64,000 bases of DNA, from NCBI GenBank assembly GCA_011109175.1, contig RDEW01000065.1:165838-229837 (forward strand), read 5' to 3'. Within the stretch, counting starts at the first letter, position 1, and every line of letters begins with the position of its first letter. Of this stretch, positions 10,240 to 22,971 are shown in pieces. The position numbers and the translations under genes were made by a program. The notes beneath the pieces were generated by a model, which was given only the letters and a program-made list of their open reading frames with translations, was not told the origin of the DNA and ran no database searches. Origin of the DNA: Dicyema japonicum. Taxonomy: Eukaryota; Animalia; Dicyemida.

Positions 10240-13200
10240 ATTGATTCATTCATGTCGAATAGTCTATGTGAAGAAAGAAAAAAAAGAGAAAAAGAAAGGA
10301 AAATCAGAAAAGAAAATGCAGAAAACTATTCAGGCTAAGTCTGACTCTGCTCAATGTTTTGCTATGGATCATGCTACACTCAAAGAATTACTACTTTCCT
10401 GCGAAATCAAAAGAGCTGTGCGAGTCTTGCGGATATTGCAACGCGAGGAAATACGGTTTGAATTGTACATCTTGCATTTCCACTTCGGGTGTGTCCGAAA
10501 TTCGATATTGGCTGCCAGATCTCTTTACAAATGGGACTGCGCATACTGTATGGATTGCGACCCCGCTCAGTGGCTCCATCAGTCATCCCTCTTACTCTTA
10601 TTCTGGACAAATCGAACCATTTTTGTCACGCCTATCGGAGAGTCGGAAAGGTAGACGGATTCCACTGAGAATACCAAAGGTCGCTTGAATTCCAGCCTGC
10701 TGAATGCCTCACGTCATTAATTGATAAAGCCATCAGCATCAGTGACCAGGCCTCTTGGATACGTCTACTAAGCTTTGCATCTATGACCCTTGGAATTTCT
10801 GCCTCAAAGCAAGCTCGCAACGGATCACTGGCCTCAAAAATCAAGAAGAATACTTCTGCCTTTTTGGTCACTTCAATGCAGCAAAACTCTGGAACCGAGC
10901 CTGAGCAAGTACTTAGGTGCAAACAGTTGTCTACAGAAGCTGGGAGTAAACAAGAAGATTCTAAAGCATTTAGAGAGAGAGAGAGAGAGAGTGAACCGAA
11001 AACTAATGAAAGTAGACGTGTGCGCAGCTGTAAAAGTGGTGTCTTGTGACAAAACGCTGTTGAAACCGTGCCGTGAAGTCTTGGAGTTATTGAGAAGGAA
11101 GCACCCTGCTCCACCACCGAACCAGCGGAACTTGACAATGCAGAAGATCTCCCGGCATTTACTCCCACGGAATTTGAAATAGTGCGTTGAATAAAGTATT
11201 TTGCACCCAATAGCTGCGGAGGCCTGGACGGACTGCGCCCAAGCCATATAAAGGACTTAACCTCTGAAGCTACTGCTGAAGCCTGCCGTGCTTGTTAACG
11301 TCTATCACCTTGCTGCTCACTCGAATAGTTAATGGTGATTTTCCAAAATTTGCTAGAGATCTTTTTTGTAAACATCTATTGGCATTCTGAAAAGGAGATG
11401 GAGGTGTCCGCCAAATTGCGATCGGTACATACTTTCGAAAGCTTGCTGCTAAAATCGCTGCCCGGAGAGTCTCCCACAATGTTGCTGAAAAGTTGTTCCC
11501 GACTCAACTTGAGGTGAGAGTGACCGGTTGCGAGGCAGCAGTCTACGCCGCGAGGAGTTACTTCAACAACAATAATTCCCAGACCCAAAGGCTAGGCCTG
11601 AAGCTTGATATATCAAATGCGTTCAACGTTGAGGAGAGACTGTATTTTGGAAACCTGTCGGAAGAGAGCTCCAGAGATTGGCGACTTATACACTTATCGT
11701 ATTGGACGGACTCAGCCTTAGTTTACGGAAACGATATCGTTTATTCACGCACAGGCGTTCAGCATGGAGACCCTCTAGAGCCTTTGCTTTTTGCAATGAC
11801 AATTGACACAGTGGCACGAAACATAAACTGTGAACTCAACTTGTGGTACTTGACGACGCTACAATAGCTGGCCCATGGGAAAACGTATATCAGGATATTT
11901 CTTCAACCATTCCAGCTCTAAACGAATTGGGTTTAAGTGTCAACGTTATGAAATCGGAACTTATCAATATTTCCTGCTCATCTCCAAGCTTTTCTACTGC
12001 CTGCAAGAATTCAGATCCCTACTTCCAGGTTTCAACATATCCTCCTTGGACAAGCACACTTCCTTGGCTACCCTCTCGGAAAACTGCCTTACCAGTAAGG
12101 ATAATGAAGTTGAAGCCTTTACAAAGAGAGTATCATCTTTGGATCCACCCACATGTGTCTTTCTTTTTGCTCAAGAAATGTATTTCGATGTCGAAGATGA
12201 TGTACATTTTGAGATGTTCACCATGTTTTGAACATCGGAATGCACTATTGTCGGCTGATGGGACTCTGAGACGATCGGCGGAGTCAATACTGAATGTCAA
12301 ATTCGATGATCTGGGCTGGAATATGTGCAAAGAACCTGCGAGAAATGGGGGTATTGGGTTGAGATCCCCCCTTGAAGCCGCCCTGCCTGCCTACTTTTAA
12401 TCTTTTGCGAGCTGCAGTCGCTTGGCCCAAGCAGTCCTACGTGACGCAACCGGACATACCTTGGACTCGGAGCTTTACAGAGTTTGCAAGTTGTGAGGTG
12501 AGTTGGACTTGGAAATCCCGTCGAATTTCGCTTGCCAGAATAGTTGGGACTCAATTGCATGTATGAGCACTCTGGAGGCCGCGAAGAAAAGCGCCAACCA
12601 ACACCGACTAGCAAGCATTAAGTCGGCCGCACATCGCGGAAATGGAGTCTGGCTCGAGGCCCTACCGTGCCCACATCTGGGGACCCTCCTTGACGAAAAC
12701 AGCCTGAGGATCGGGTGGCACTGCGCCCAGGACTGGACATATGCCAGAGACACAAACGCCGTCGCGGTGGGAACGTTGATACGAAAGGCTTACATCCACT
12801 CTCTTGCCGACGAAGTGCTGGTCGAGCCCCGCGCCACGCAGCCCTCAATGACATCATTTTTCGAGCCCTCAAGGCTGCGGGATTTCCGGTTTAATTGAAA
12901 CCATTGGGCTTAGACAGAGGCGACAAGAAGAGGCCGGATGGAATGACGTTATTCCCATACTCCCACGGAAAATCACTCGTCTGGGACGCAACGTGTGTGG
13001 ACATCTTTTCAGGAGCCAGATTGCTGACGGCGAACGCACTCTCCTGGAGACGCATCCGACCAGGCGGAGGACAAGAAGATCCATAAGTACGAATCCCTCG
13101 AGACCATTACCATTTCGCCCCCATTGCTGTGGAGACAACTGGAACTGTAGGCGCGAAGACGGACGCTATTCTCCACAGCATTGGAAGCAAACTCGCCTCA

Positions 13201-13330
13201 AAAAGGTGCGAGCCACGGGAGGGACTCTGATTGAGGCAGAGGCTCGAAATGGCGATTATCAGATGTAACACATTCGCCATTCTGTCGTCCTAATTATTGT
13301 CTAAATCAATTTATTTGTTGAATAAATCAT
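10240..13330 (+). mobile_element. CRE-like (RLE-type) non-LTR retrotransposon, heavily frameshifted
   Basis: RT motifs KLDISNAFN, GVQHGDPL and WYLDDAT (frameshifted). C-terminal CRCGG..HxxSC-like zinc knuckle and RPDG..WD..AVE restriction-like endonuclease. Ends AIIRCNTFAILSS*. Confidence 0.8.
10972..10991 (+). repeat. (AG)10 microsatellite inside the CRE-like element
   Basis: AGAGAGAGAGAGAGAGAGAG read directly from the sequence. Confidence 0.95.
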
Positions 13331-13990
13331 TTTAGTCTATGTGATTGGTCCAAAAAGTTTTCAACACAGGATGACATTAATATGCAATCATTGAGATTAT
13401 GATTCTAATTCAGATGTAAATCTCTATCCAAAAAATATTTTCAAAGAAGGCATATAATTTTATTTTGCCTATTATTAATGGTTTAATGCGTGAGAAGAAT
13501 CGTTAAGGGCGAAGCTGAGTCTCACTTTTCTACAAAAACTAAACACAGCTCAAAACTGTCTTGAAAACATCGTGGCACAGTAGTCATTGCTTTCATTCGT
13601 GTCATTATTAGTTATGGGTTCGATTTCAAACAGCCACCGACCTGGCCAAAGGATTTTCTACTGCTCTGTGCCTTCTTAAAATCCTAGTAGGAGTCATGCG
13701 ATCAACCTGTCTCAGAAGGCACCCAATGTCTGGCCGGCATTTAAAAATGATCACTATTTTCCCTACCTTATTGAATGGGTTTTTAAACTGTAAAATGCTT
13801 GGAAAGGAGTGGTCCTACTGCTACTTTGGGAAACGGATATACCATAATCAGAGGTTAATAATCCTTAACCTCTTTCCGATTTTTTCATAGCTAGTAATAA
13901 ATCTAAAAACCCGGACATGTGCATGTTTTTAATCAAATAATCAAAAAGTGAGATAATTAAATATTCGGGTGAAGAAATGTAAACAATAGG

Positions 13991-14957
13991 TTAGAATGAC
14001 TGCATAACAACACTCTTATGTTCAGCCTGTAAACTGTTATCTCCCAATCCACTAAACCCAGAGGCACCCTTGAATATAACACAAAGACCAACCCTCTTCA
14101 AATTAATCACATCATATTCGCTTATTGACTTGCCATTGATTGGGTCCTTCTTATCAATCTTTAAAGCAGTTTTAATGCAATCCAACTTCATAACAATACA
14201 TCTAAAATAGTAAAACATAATACGATGTTTTCAAAATAGCTGAGGGCACGGAATTCCCGAGGGGATCCCCACTCACTGGGCATATATAACGATCGTCACT
14301 CCCGCCAAGTTGTGTGGATCTGTCCCTGGAGCAGGTTCGAATCTGATTTCTATCAAATCCTTGAACTTTAGGGGCTTCCCAGTCATCGGACACAACACAG
14401 CTTTCGACTGGGGTTATAAAAAACACAGACTGGTGGGTCTGGTGGCGTCAGCTTGTATTCTGGGGTCAACGAAGGAATCCAAAAACAGTTCAACTCCTTG
14501 TTTTCGACAGTAGATGTGCCCGTCTTCATGACCTTGTGAGATCTGTTTGTTATAGACGCTTCCAAATCAGCATATTTCCGTTTCTTCTGATCATCTTGGC
14601 GGGCTTTATCTTTAGAATCTTTGGCCTTCTGTTCTTCCTTCCACCTCTGGTACTCCTTGGTCTTTCGTTCAATTTCCCTCTTAGAATTGACGATGTACTC
14701 TAGAATGGACTCTTTATCGAACAAATATCCGTCAGGACTGCAGTTAATGAGTAAATTACTTTATCATTGGGTGAGCACAGGGCTGCATTGTAAGACAACA
14801 GCAGTCAAAATCCTATATTGTCTATAATGACTACTTTGACTGAATCCTTAGACATTCTAAGTGTCTGAGATCCGTATCCTGATGATTTTGAATCCTTCTT
14901 TCTTTCGTTGTACGAGTATACTGAGTTTGCTGTTGCATTTCTGCCATGACGAGTCAT
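13991..14957 (-). CDS. NOSIP: Nitric oxide synthase-interacting protein (RING/U-box-like), with five introns of 22-24 nt
   Basis: MTRHGRNATANSVYSYNERKKD...SKDSVKDFDCCCLTMQPC..PDGYLFDKESILEYI and the C-terminal DPINGK...GASGFSG match the NOSIP pattern. GT-AG introns restore the frame. One apparent 1-nt indel near 14320. Confidence 0.9.
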
Positions 14958-15799
14958 TTTCAACAACAAGCAACTAAATGTTTTAAAATTTTGTTATAAT
15001 ATTCGAATATATTTATTTATAGTCTTAAATATTAAATTATTTACAATTTTTAGTCAAGCATGCATTCAATAATATAATAATTACATTAAAATTTCGGCCA
15101 CGTGCTTTTTCTTTTTTAAATAAAGTGTGGGTTTTTCCTACGCGGAGGTTAAGTAATGGAAACATTACTACTCCTCGGTTGAAGGGCTGGAAAAATTAAT
15201 TTGGTTTACTGATTTCGTGTACATTTGTGCTACTTGACGCTTTAAGGAAACCAAAGTTCTATCAGCTGATCTTTTGAGTTGGGAGTTTCAAAATTGATAA
15301 TCCCAGTGACTGCCAGAGTCAAATTCGTTTGTATCTCAGTGGTCATCATGAATTTGTTGGTGAAGACAAGTTGGTGATCTTTTCTGTTTCCTTGGAATGT
15401 CAATATTTTACCTGGAAGTGCCACTAGCTACATGGTCTTATGTAATTCAAAGTACTCTCCGTCGTACACAAAATTAAAAGTACCTGTTTTGATAGAGCTC
15501 GATGCCATACACCGTCAAAAGTTAAACGGATTCCAGTTCAGCAAATTTCTTGAATCAACTTATTTTGAATGTCTCATGTAAATAATTCTTTTTCAATATT
15601 TATAAAACTGAAGATATTATCCTGAGTCCGTAACTAGGTCGGTGATTTCTTGGTAAATAAGTGAAGCACTTTTACAATATCTATAATCCATATAGCCACT
15701 GTGTACAACAATTTTCAATGCCAGTATCTTTTATGCTCCTATTGTCAATTGTCAACATTTTTCAGCATTTTCAGATTGTTTCCTAAAACAAGAGAAAAT

Positions 15800-16330
15800 A
15801 AGCCCTGTCGGTGGACATAAGACAGATACTCAGGTCAGGTTCGATAAACCTGATATTTTTGTCCACGATAAGATGAAGAATGAAATTGTACTTATTGAAA
15901 ATGGGATTACTTCTCAAGGATTATTGAAACATACAGAAGTAGAAAAGTTACTAAGTACGATTTATTGGCTAGATAGCTCAAACTAATTTATGGTGCCACA
16001 GTAAAAGTCATACATATTGTTCTAACGTGGGACGGTGTCGTTTCGAAGGCCTATAAATCTCACTCGGGAGCCACCGCAATCGATGCACCGACTAGAACAT
16101 ACAATCAATCCGTTGTCCTCAAGAAGACTTTGGAGAGTATGTTGGTGGAGTATAAATAATGGGTGCCCACTATCGTGGAAGATTTGGTTACAACAACCAA
16201 TCAACTAGTGGAATTAGCAATCAGTTCGATGACGTTCTAGGCAACCCAGGTGGGGAAGAAACGGTTGGTTTTCAGGTCAACAACTCTTCTTCTAAAGCGA
16301 GAAAGGTCTAGAAGCAGCTAGTAATTTTTA
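15800..16330 (+). mobile_element. Degenerate R4-like RLE domain fragment
   Basis: DKPDIFVHDK..IVLIE.GITS...EKL.KYDLL..IVLTWDGVVS: a PD-(D/E)xK-type endonuclease related to 16910-17418. Confidence 0.7.
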
Positions 16331-16529
16331 TTTAATTGTGTTTTCCGTAAAATAAATATCGGTCCTTTTATACAGCCCTGCCGCAAAGGATTAGTAATGT
16401 AAATTTCAGCTTAGGAAAAACTCACATTTAAGAAGAACAGTCTTACTAATTACTCCAAGGCATTGAGAATGTCCTTGACTTCTCGTTCTTTTTTACTTTC
16501 GAGTCGTAGAAAATAAGAATGAATTAATA

Positions 16530-16850
16530 TTATTATTTATTAACCCGGGATACACCGAGAAAGAAGTTAAAGTAAACAACTGATTAAGTGTATCCAGTTT
16601 TCACTTCTACGGAAACAGAGCCCATCCGGAATCACCATAAAAGGAAAAAAACTTCCATTACTTGCAGTTGTGGAAAACCCTCCAGTAAAGTGGGGAAGAG
16701 CAAATGATCCTTTTTCGTGCCGGGCTGGCACTGGGCGCCACACAGACAGGTGGATCACATGACGTCACTCTAAAAGAAAGAGAGAGGAGGAACAGACAAA
16801 CCAACAGAAAACTTCAACCAATTAGCCACGTAGCACCACATGGGCCACTA
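16530..16850 (-). mobile_element. ~310-nt non-autonomous mini-retroelement
   Basis: Structured motif at 16705-16768, perfect 3' hairpin GGATACAC/GTGTATCC (16548-16595) and an (AAT)n tail. Clearly homologous to 26497-26813. Confidence 0.7.
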
Positions 16851-16909
16851 GGAATTTATTTTTAAAAATATAATTTTAGAATAGTTCATTTTAAATAAAA
16901 AAAGTTAAT

Positions 16910-17418
16910 TAAGTACCTCGGTGCTAGTCAAGCACAATAAACCGGACATTGTGGTACACGATAAGGAGTCTGGCCAAGTCCTTATCATAGAAGTTGGCAT
17001 CACGTCTCAAGACCGTTTGCAGACTGGGGAGGTGGAGAAAAAAAGGAAGTATGACTTTCTTGCAAACGAGATGAGGCAGATGCTTGGTTGGAAGGTCCTC
17101 GTTATTCTTATAGTAATGACGTGGAAAGGAATTGCAACGAAGTACCACAAGGGTTATCTGAAGCAGTTGGGGGTAGATAGGAAGCTCTAGGCCTATCTAC
17201 AGTCCACTGTGTTAAAGCGGACCCTAGAGAACCTGACACTGGAGTATAGGAGGCAGATCCCTGAGATGCCATATGGGCAGAGGGTTCAATTGGACAAGGC
17301 GCTCTCGGAGTTGTTTCAGCAACCAGAATCGAACCTGCCTGAGGAGGCTGGCGAACAGGCAGGCGAGGAAGGTTGTTGATTATTAAATATATTAACTTTT
17401 TTATTGTTTGTTAAATAA
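16910..17418 (+). mobile_element. 5'-truncated R4-like (RLE) non-LTR element, 3' end
   Basis: HNKPDIVVHDKESGQVLIIEVGITSQDRLQTGEVEKKRKYDFLANE. Its last ~140 nt recur essentially unchanged in each tandem unit. Confidence 0.8.
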
Positions 17419-17504
17419 AGTTTAATATTTAATTTGAAATTTGAATAATTATCTGCCGTGCTTTGCTTTTGTTTCTTGTTGTTTTGTAACTTTTTTAACG
17501 GAAA

Positions 17505-20500
17505 ATGGATGGATTGTTCGACAATGACTTGTTTTCAGTATTTAACGGAGAAAACAAAAAGAATAGCAAGAAACTTAAAAGAAAAAACTCATCGACGACG
17601 AGCAAAAACGAAAGTGGAGCCAAAAAGTCTACAAAGTAGTCCCTAATTGGTTCTACTTAGTTCTTCTAGCCTACCAGAACCGGACAACGATGTAGTTTAC
17701 CTTGGTACTGTAAATTACGACGAAGAATCCTCAAAAATGTATTTAATGAACTCACTTCAGATTACCAAACTCAAGTGACCTTAAAGACTTCGAAATTACA
17801 GATAAAAGTGAATTTTCATGGTAACTGTTATTTTTTATTTCTCAGTTTCCTTCAATCTTCAGAACGAGCCCACATTTACAGAATTGAATCCTCAGATAAG
17901 TGTCTTCACGAGGTAGCCAGCCGTAATTACTATTTTCAAGGTTGCGGTCCCCCATGACGAAGATTTGAAAACTTTGCATGCTCGTGTACCACCTGTGAGA
18001 GAGTTTCCATTCAAATTGGATGGCTTTCAAAGGGAAGCAATAAAATGTCTGGACAATGACCAGTCAGTCTTGGTTTCGGCCCACACCTCGGCAGGGAAGA
18101 CAGTCGTCGCCGAGTTTTGCTTTAATGACTAAATCAAAGATATGCCATAGCCAAGTGTGTGGAGGAACACAGAATGGTGATCTATACGACCCCAATAAAG
18201 GCTTTAAGCAACCAAAAGTACAGAGACTTGCAGGAGAAGTTCATCGATGTCGGTCTTGTAACAGGAGACGTGACTTATAATCCCAATGCCAAGATTTTGG
18301 TGATGACAACTGAGGTATATTCTAACTGATTGTAGATTCTGAGGAATATGTTGTACAGGGATCACAAGTTATGAGAGAAGTCGGTGGGTCGTCTTTGATG
18401 AAATCCACTACATGCGAGACAGAGGTTATATTGTTTTTTATCTCTAGAGAGGGGAGTTGTCTGGGAAGAAACTATCATTCTTTTGCCTGATACTGTCCAC
18501 TATGTGTTCTTGTCAGCAACTATTCCTAATGCCTCCCAATTTGCTGGATGGATTTGCCAGCTTCACAATCAGGTTGATGAGCATATATATCTTAGCATTG
18601 TCACGTGGTCTACACTGATTTCCGACCGACTCCGTTGCAGCATTTTATTTATCCTTGTGGGGGAGAAGGAATAAACTTAATTGTTGACGAAAATGTATTA
18701 ACTTGCTGTTATTTTAGGGTCAATTCAAATCGGAGAGTTTTGAGAAGGCTATCAAGCAAATTAGAAAGTCAGGTACCGCATCTAATACGACCACTCGTCC
18801 CAGAGTTTCTGGACAGTCTGGTTCACTCATTTTTATATTAAATAGCAAAGTCTAACATTCACAAGGTTGTCAGTTTTATTTCTGATGAAAACATGACGCC
18901 TGCAATAATATTTAGCTTTTCGAGAAAGGATTGTGAAGCTTATGGTCTAGAAATGGCAAAAATGGACTTTACTTCCAATGGTTTGTGATTTTTGCTGACT
19001 TTTAGACGAAAAGAGTATAATTCAGGAAATATTTTTAAATGCTATTGCCGATCTGTCTGATGAAGACAGAAAACTCCCACAAATACAAAACATGACTCCG
19101 CTTTTGAAAAAAGGGATAGGAATTCATCATTCTGGTCTTATGCCTATGGTAAAAGAGATTGTGGAAATCCTTTTCGGAGAGGGACTTTTGAAGGTATTCG
19201 TTTTGTAACAATTAAAGGTTCTGTTTGCGACAGAAACTTTTGCAATGGGAGTGAATATGCCTGCTCGGACGGTTGTCTTTTCTAGTATGAGAAAATTCGA
19301 CGGGAAACAAGTACGATCAATTACACCTGGGGAATACATTCAAATGAGTGGAAGAGCGGGGCGACGAGGACTGGATAAAATTGGGACCTCAATAATGATG
19401 GTTGATCAACAGTTTACGTCATCAGAGTGTCGAGATTTGTTTATGGTGTTTTTATATGTTAATTTGGCAGGGATCAGCTGATCCACTAAACAGTGCATTT
19501 CATTTGACTTATAACATGATCCTTCAGTTGCTTAGAGTAGAAGGAATTAATCCTGAATATATTATGGGGAGGTCATTCTTCCAATTTCAAAATTATGCTG
19601 CGATTCCTGGTCTGCTTGATGGTTAGTTCGATTGTTACTGGTAGATTTGAACACTTTGGAGCAGAAGTATTTATCCACCAAAATCCCCAATGAGGAGGAG
19701 ATTGCTGAGTATTACACTACAAGGAAGCATTTAGCATTGGCTGAAAATAAAATGCTTAAATTCTTACAAGATCCTATAAATTCTGTCCCCTTTCTGCAAG
19801 TTGGGAGACTCATAATGGTAGTAAAGTGAGTTACTTTAGATACGTCGAGATGAAGGTGACGATGCGTCCTCTTCTGTTTGGGCAGTTGTCCTTAACTGCT
19901 ATAAGTCGGAAGGGAAAGATGTTATTAATTATTATAATTTGTAGAAAAGTACTGATGAGAGTAAGAAATCCAGGACTTATGCGATTGATATTATGCTGGG
20001 TAACGGAAAACAACCTCAGGTTTATATTAGAGATAGTAGGTTTAATTGCAGATCATGAGTTTTACGCTTAATCAAGTCCGTAAGAATTAGCAGTGTGTGT
20101 CTTAAACTGCCCAAAGATCTATCTGGTGAGGATAATCAGCGACGTGTGCTGAGGATTATGGAGGTTGTTATTTGATATAATGTTTAGGAAGTCTCTAACA
20201 GATTTAAAGGGAATATTCCGCTGATTGATCCAGTGGAGGATATGAAAATAAAGAACACTGAGATTTCCTCAATTGTTGATAAAATGAAGGTTTTTGAGGA
20301 GAGGATGCAATTGCATCCATTTCATCATTCCCCCAATAAGGCTGAGCTTTGTGCTGCGTATCATTCAAAGCAACAGGTTCTTGTAATTATAAAATTCAGT
20401 TGGGGGAGAAAATAAAGTCTCTAAAACTTGATTTGAAACATAAAAAGTCATTGCTTCAAATGGACGAACTAAAATGCAGGAAGCGAGTGCTAAGGAGACT

Positions 20501-21124
20501 CAACTTTATAAACTCTAATGATGTGATTGACATGAAAGGACGGATTGCTTGTGAGATTTCAAGGTTTATTTATTTTTAATTTTTAGTGGAGACGAGTTGT
20601 TACTCACAGAACTGGTTTTTGCAGGATTCTTCAATGCTCTCTCCTGTGAGGACATTTGCTCAATTCTCAGCTGTTTTGTGTTCGAAATAAAGTCCACTTC
20701 TTTCCCCAAACTTTCTGAGATTTTAATGACTTGCTTATCGAAATTACAGGTTTTATGGTCGTTTAATTGTCAGGAAACTGCCAGAAGGATATCCGCTATT
20801 TCAGTTGAGTGCAAGTTGGATGTTGATGAGGATGAATACGTCGACTCGTTTAAGTCTGGGTTGATGGAAGTTTGCCGTGCATGGGCTGGTGGAATGTCTT
20901 TCAGTGGAATATGTGAACTGACTGATTATTTTGAGGGATGCGTTATTAGATCAATTAGGAGTATTGAAGAGTTGTTGAATGATTTGATAAGAGTGTCTAA
21001 GAATATGGGCTGTATTGAATTGGAAGAAAAGTTTCAAAAAATGTATTTTTATCTTAACCCCTTTATAATAGGCATTTCCCTTATCAAGAGAGATATTGTA
21101 TTTTCTTCTTCACTTTATTTGTAA
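17505..21124 (+). CDS. MTREX: Exosome RNA helicase MTR4 (SKIV2L2/MTREX), with at least 21 introns of 21-32 nt
   Basis: [14 protein letters not shown]-terminus, [72 protein letters not shown], arch region and the [14 protein letters not shown]-terminus. A few 1-nt indels. Confidence 0.95.
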
Positions 21125-21599
21125 TAATTAGTTTTTTGATTAAATTTAATAATTACGATTTACTTTTAATATACCTTGTCTTGTGTTTTTGGCATACGAT
21201 CTTCTAGGTTAGTACGTACTTGAATACGTATTTTACTATAATTATTTTATTACAAATCCTAACAGGGGATACACCCGTTTACTGTTGTTCTTGGAACAGC
21301 CGATTACACTTGCTGATATTGGAAAGGATCATCTACCGATCTTTTATAATCGCAACTTCTCTTCTGTAGAGGTTTAATTTTGTTTTCTAATTTGGATCTT
21401 GATCCAACTCTCTCATTTCTTACCTGAAATCGTGCCTCGAAACGTATCCAAATCAAGTTTATTTGGTTAACAAAAAATCTCATTTGCTATCGAAATATGT
21501 AGTAATAGCATTGTTTGATAAACAAACTTTGGCCATGTCCCGATTCGCACTAACTGTTCCTTGGAGGTCCAAAATTTGAAATTAGTTTTTAATAACATT

Positions 21600-21830
21600 T
21601 TCTGGCAAATCTTGAGGATGGAGTTATCATCCAAACAGAGTAATGAAAAGCTGCTATGTCTTTCTGAGGTCCGTTTTCATGAAAAGCCGAGGATAACTTT
21701 GCCGGTCGTTCTACAAAGGTCTTGATAATATGTTGAAAAATGGCCAGGATTTCCTACGTTTCTGCAAAGAGCTAGGACACTCATTCAGAGATAGGGTTGC
21801 TCACGCAGAGGAATGTACAGGACAAACACT
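21600..21830 (+). mobile_element. Ingi/Vingi-like LINE internal fragment
   Basis: Shares GAAAAATGGCCAGGATTTCCTACGTTTCTGC and its flanks with 7530-7600 and 28760-28790. Confidence 0.5.
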
Positions 21831-22971
21831 TTATTTAAGAACAGATAATTAATAGTTGGAAGGGCCAAAATGCATGTTTTTAACTTCTTTATTTTGGTTA
21901 CGTGCGGGTCTGTAAAAAACTGATACCATATTAGGTATTACTGATGATGGTGTACTATTTTCCTATGCACTGTAGGTTTCACAAGAGGACTCGGATGACA
22001 TACGTCAATAGACACGCTCTCATGGATTCTCTTGATCACGGTTACTCTATGTGCGGATATTTTTTGTTCCTTAAAATAACATTCAAGAAAAGTCTTTAGT
22101 AAAACATAAAGATAAATTTGTTTTTAATGAAGCTCCATAAAATTGAAAAAGTTTTAAAAGGTCATCTTATTGAGGATCTATCTATCCTCTTCTTTTAAAA
22201 CGTTTGTTGGCAGAATGAAAAAATCAAGAAAAATACCATAAAATCGCCTGTTCGAGGTCACATATAGGACCGTCCTCGAAAAGTTTCTAGAAGTCACATA
22301 TAAGATTATAGTTACTTTTGGGATCTTCGTCTTGAGTACATGTGGATACGACTATCCTTGTATGATTAATATTGTAATGGTCAATACAGGGTAGCTGAAA
22401 CTATTTTGTTTGAAACTATTGATCTCATCATTAGATAATTTTGCTATACTTAAGAAAATGGATCGTTTTGTGGTATTGAGAATATGAGCAGCATATTTCG
22501 CATCTTTAAAGAGATGATTCTCCAAGTTCTTTTCAATTTTGACTTGAAGGGATCTGAACTTTGGGAAATATTACTATGGAGTCAATTCTATATTTAGTGA
22601 CGTTTCTGGCAGACAACATTTGTCTCAGTTGTGAAGATTGTAGAAGGGTACGACCTGGACTATATGAGATTACTGACTCACGATCAAGGCTATAAGTACT
22701 ATGCTTCACGCGAATGTTTGATGATTTTTTTACATTTTCTTTTCACCTCCACAGTTATTACTTTCCCTTTATGTTGGTGCATTAATAATATCATCTTCAA
22801 CCATTTGCATTCTAACTGAGCATGTATTATTATATGCACTCATCGTCTCCTCTCTTTAGGTATTTCCTCACTCTTTGGAGGTCTTTGTGCAGTAAGGAGT
22901 ATTATCCTTGGTCGGCCACGAAAGCATTTCCCCTCGAACATGAAGTGATCCTCCATCGAGCATGTGACTTA

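Noticed and set aside
15230-15760. Possible host gene on the minus strand (ORF 15242-15424)
   Set aside because: No recognisable motif, and upstream frames contain stops that plausible short introns do not remove.
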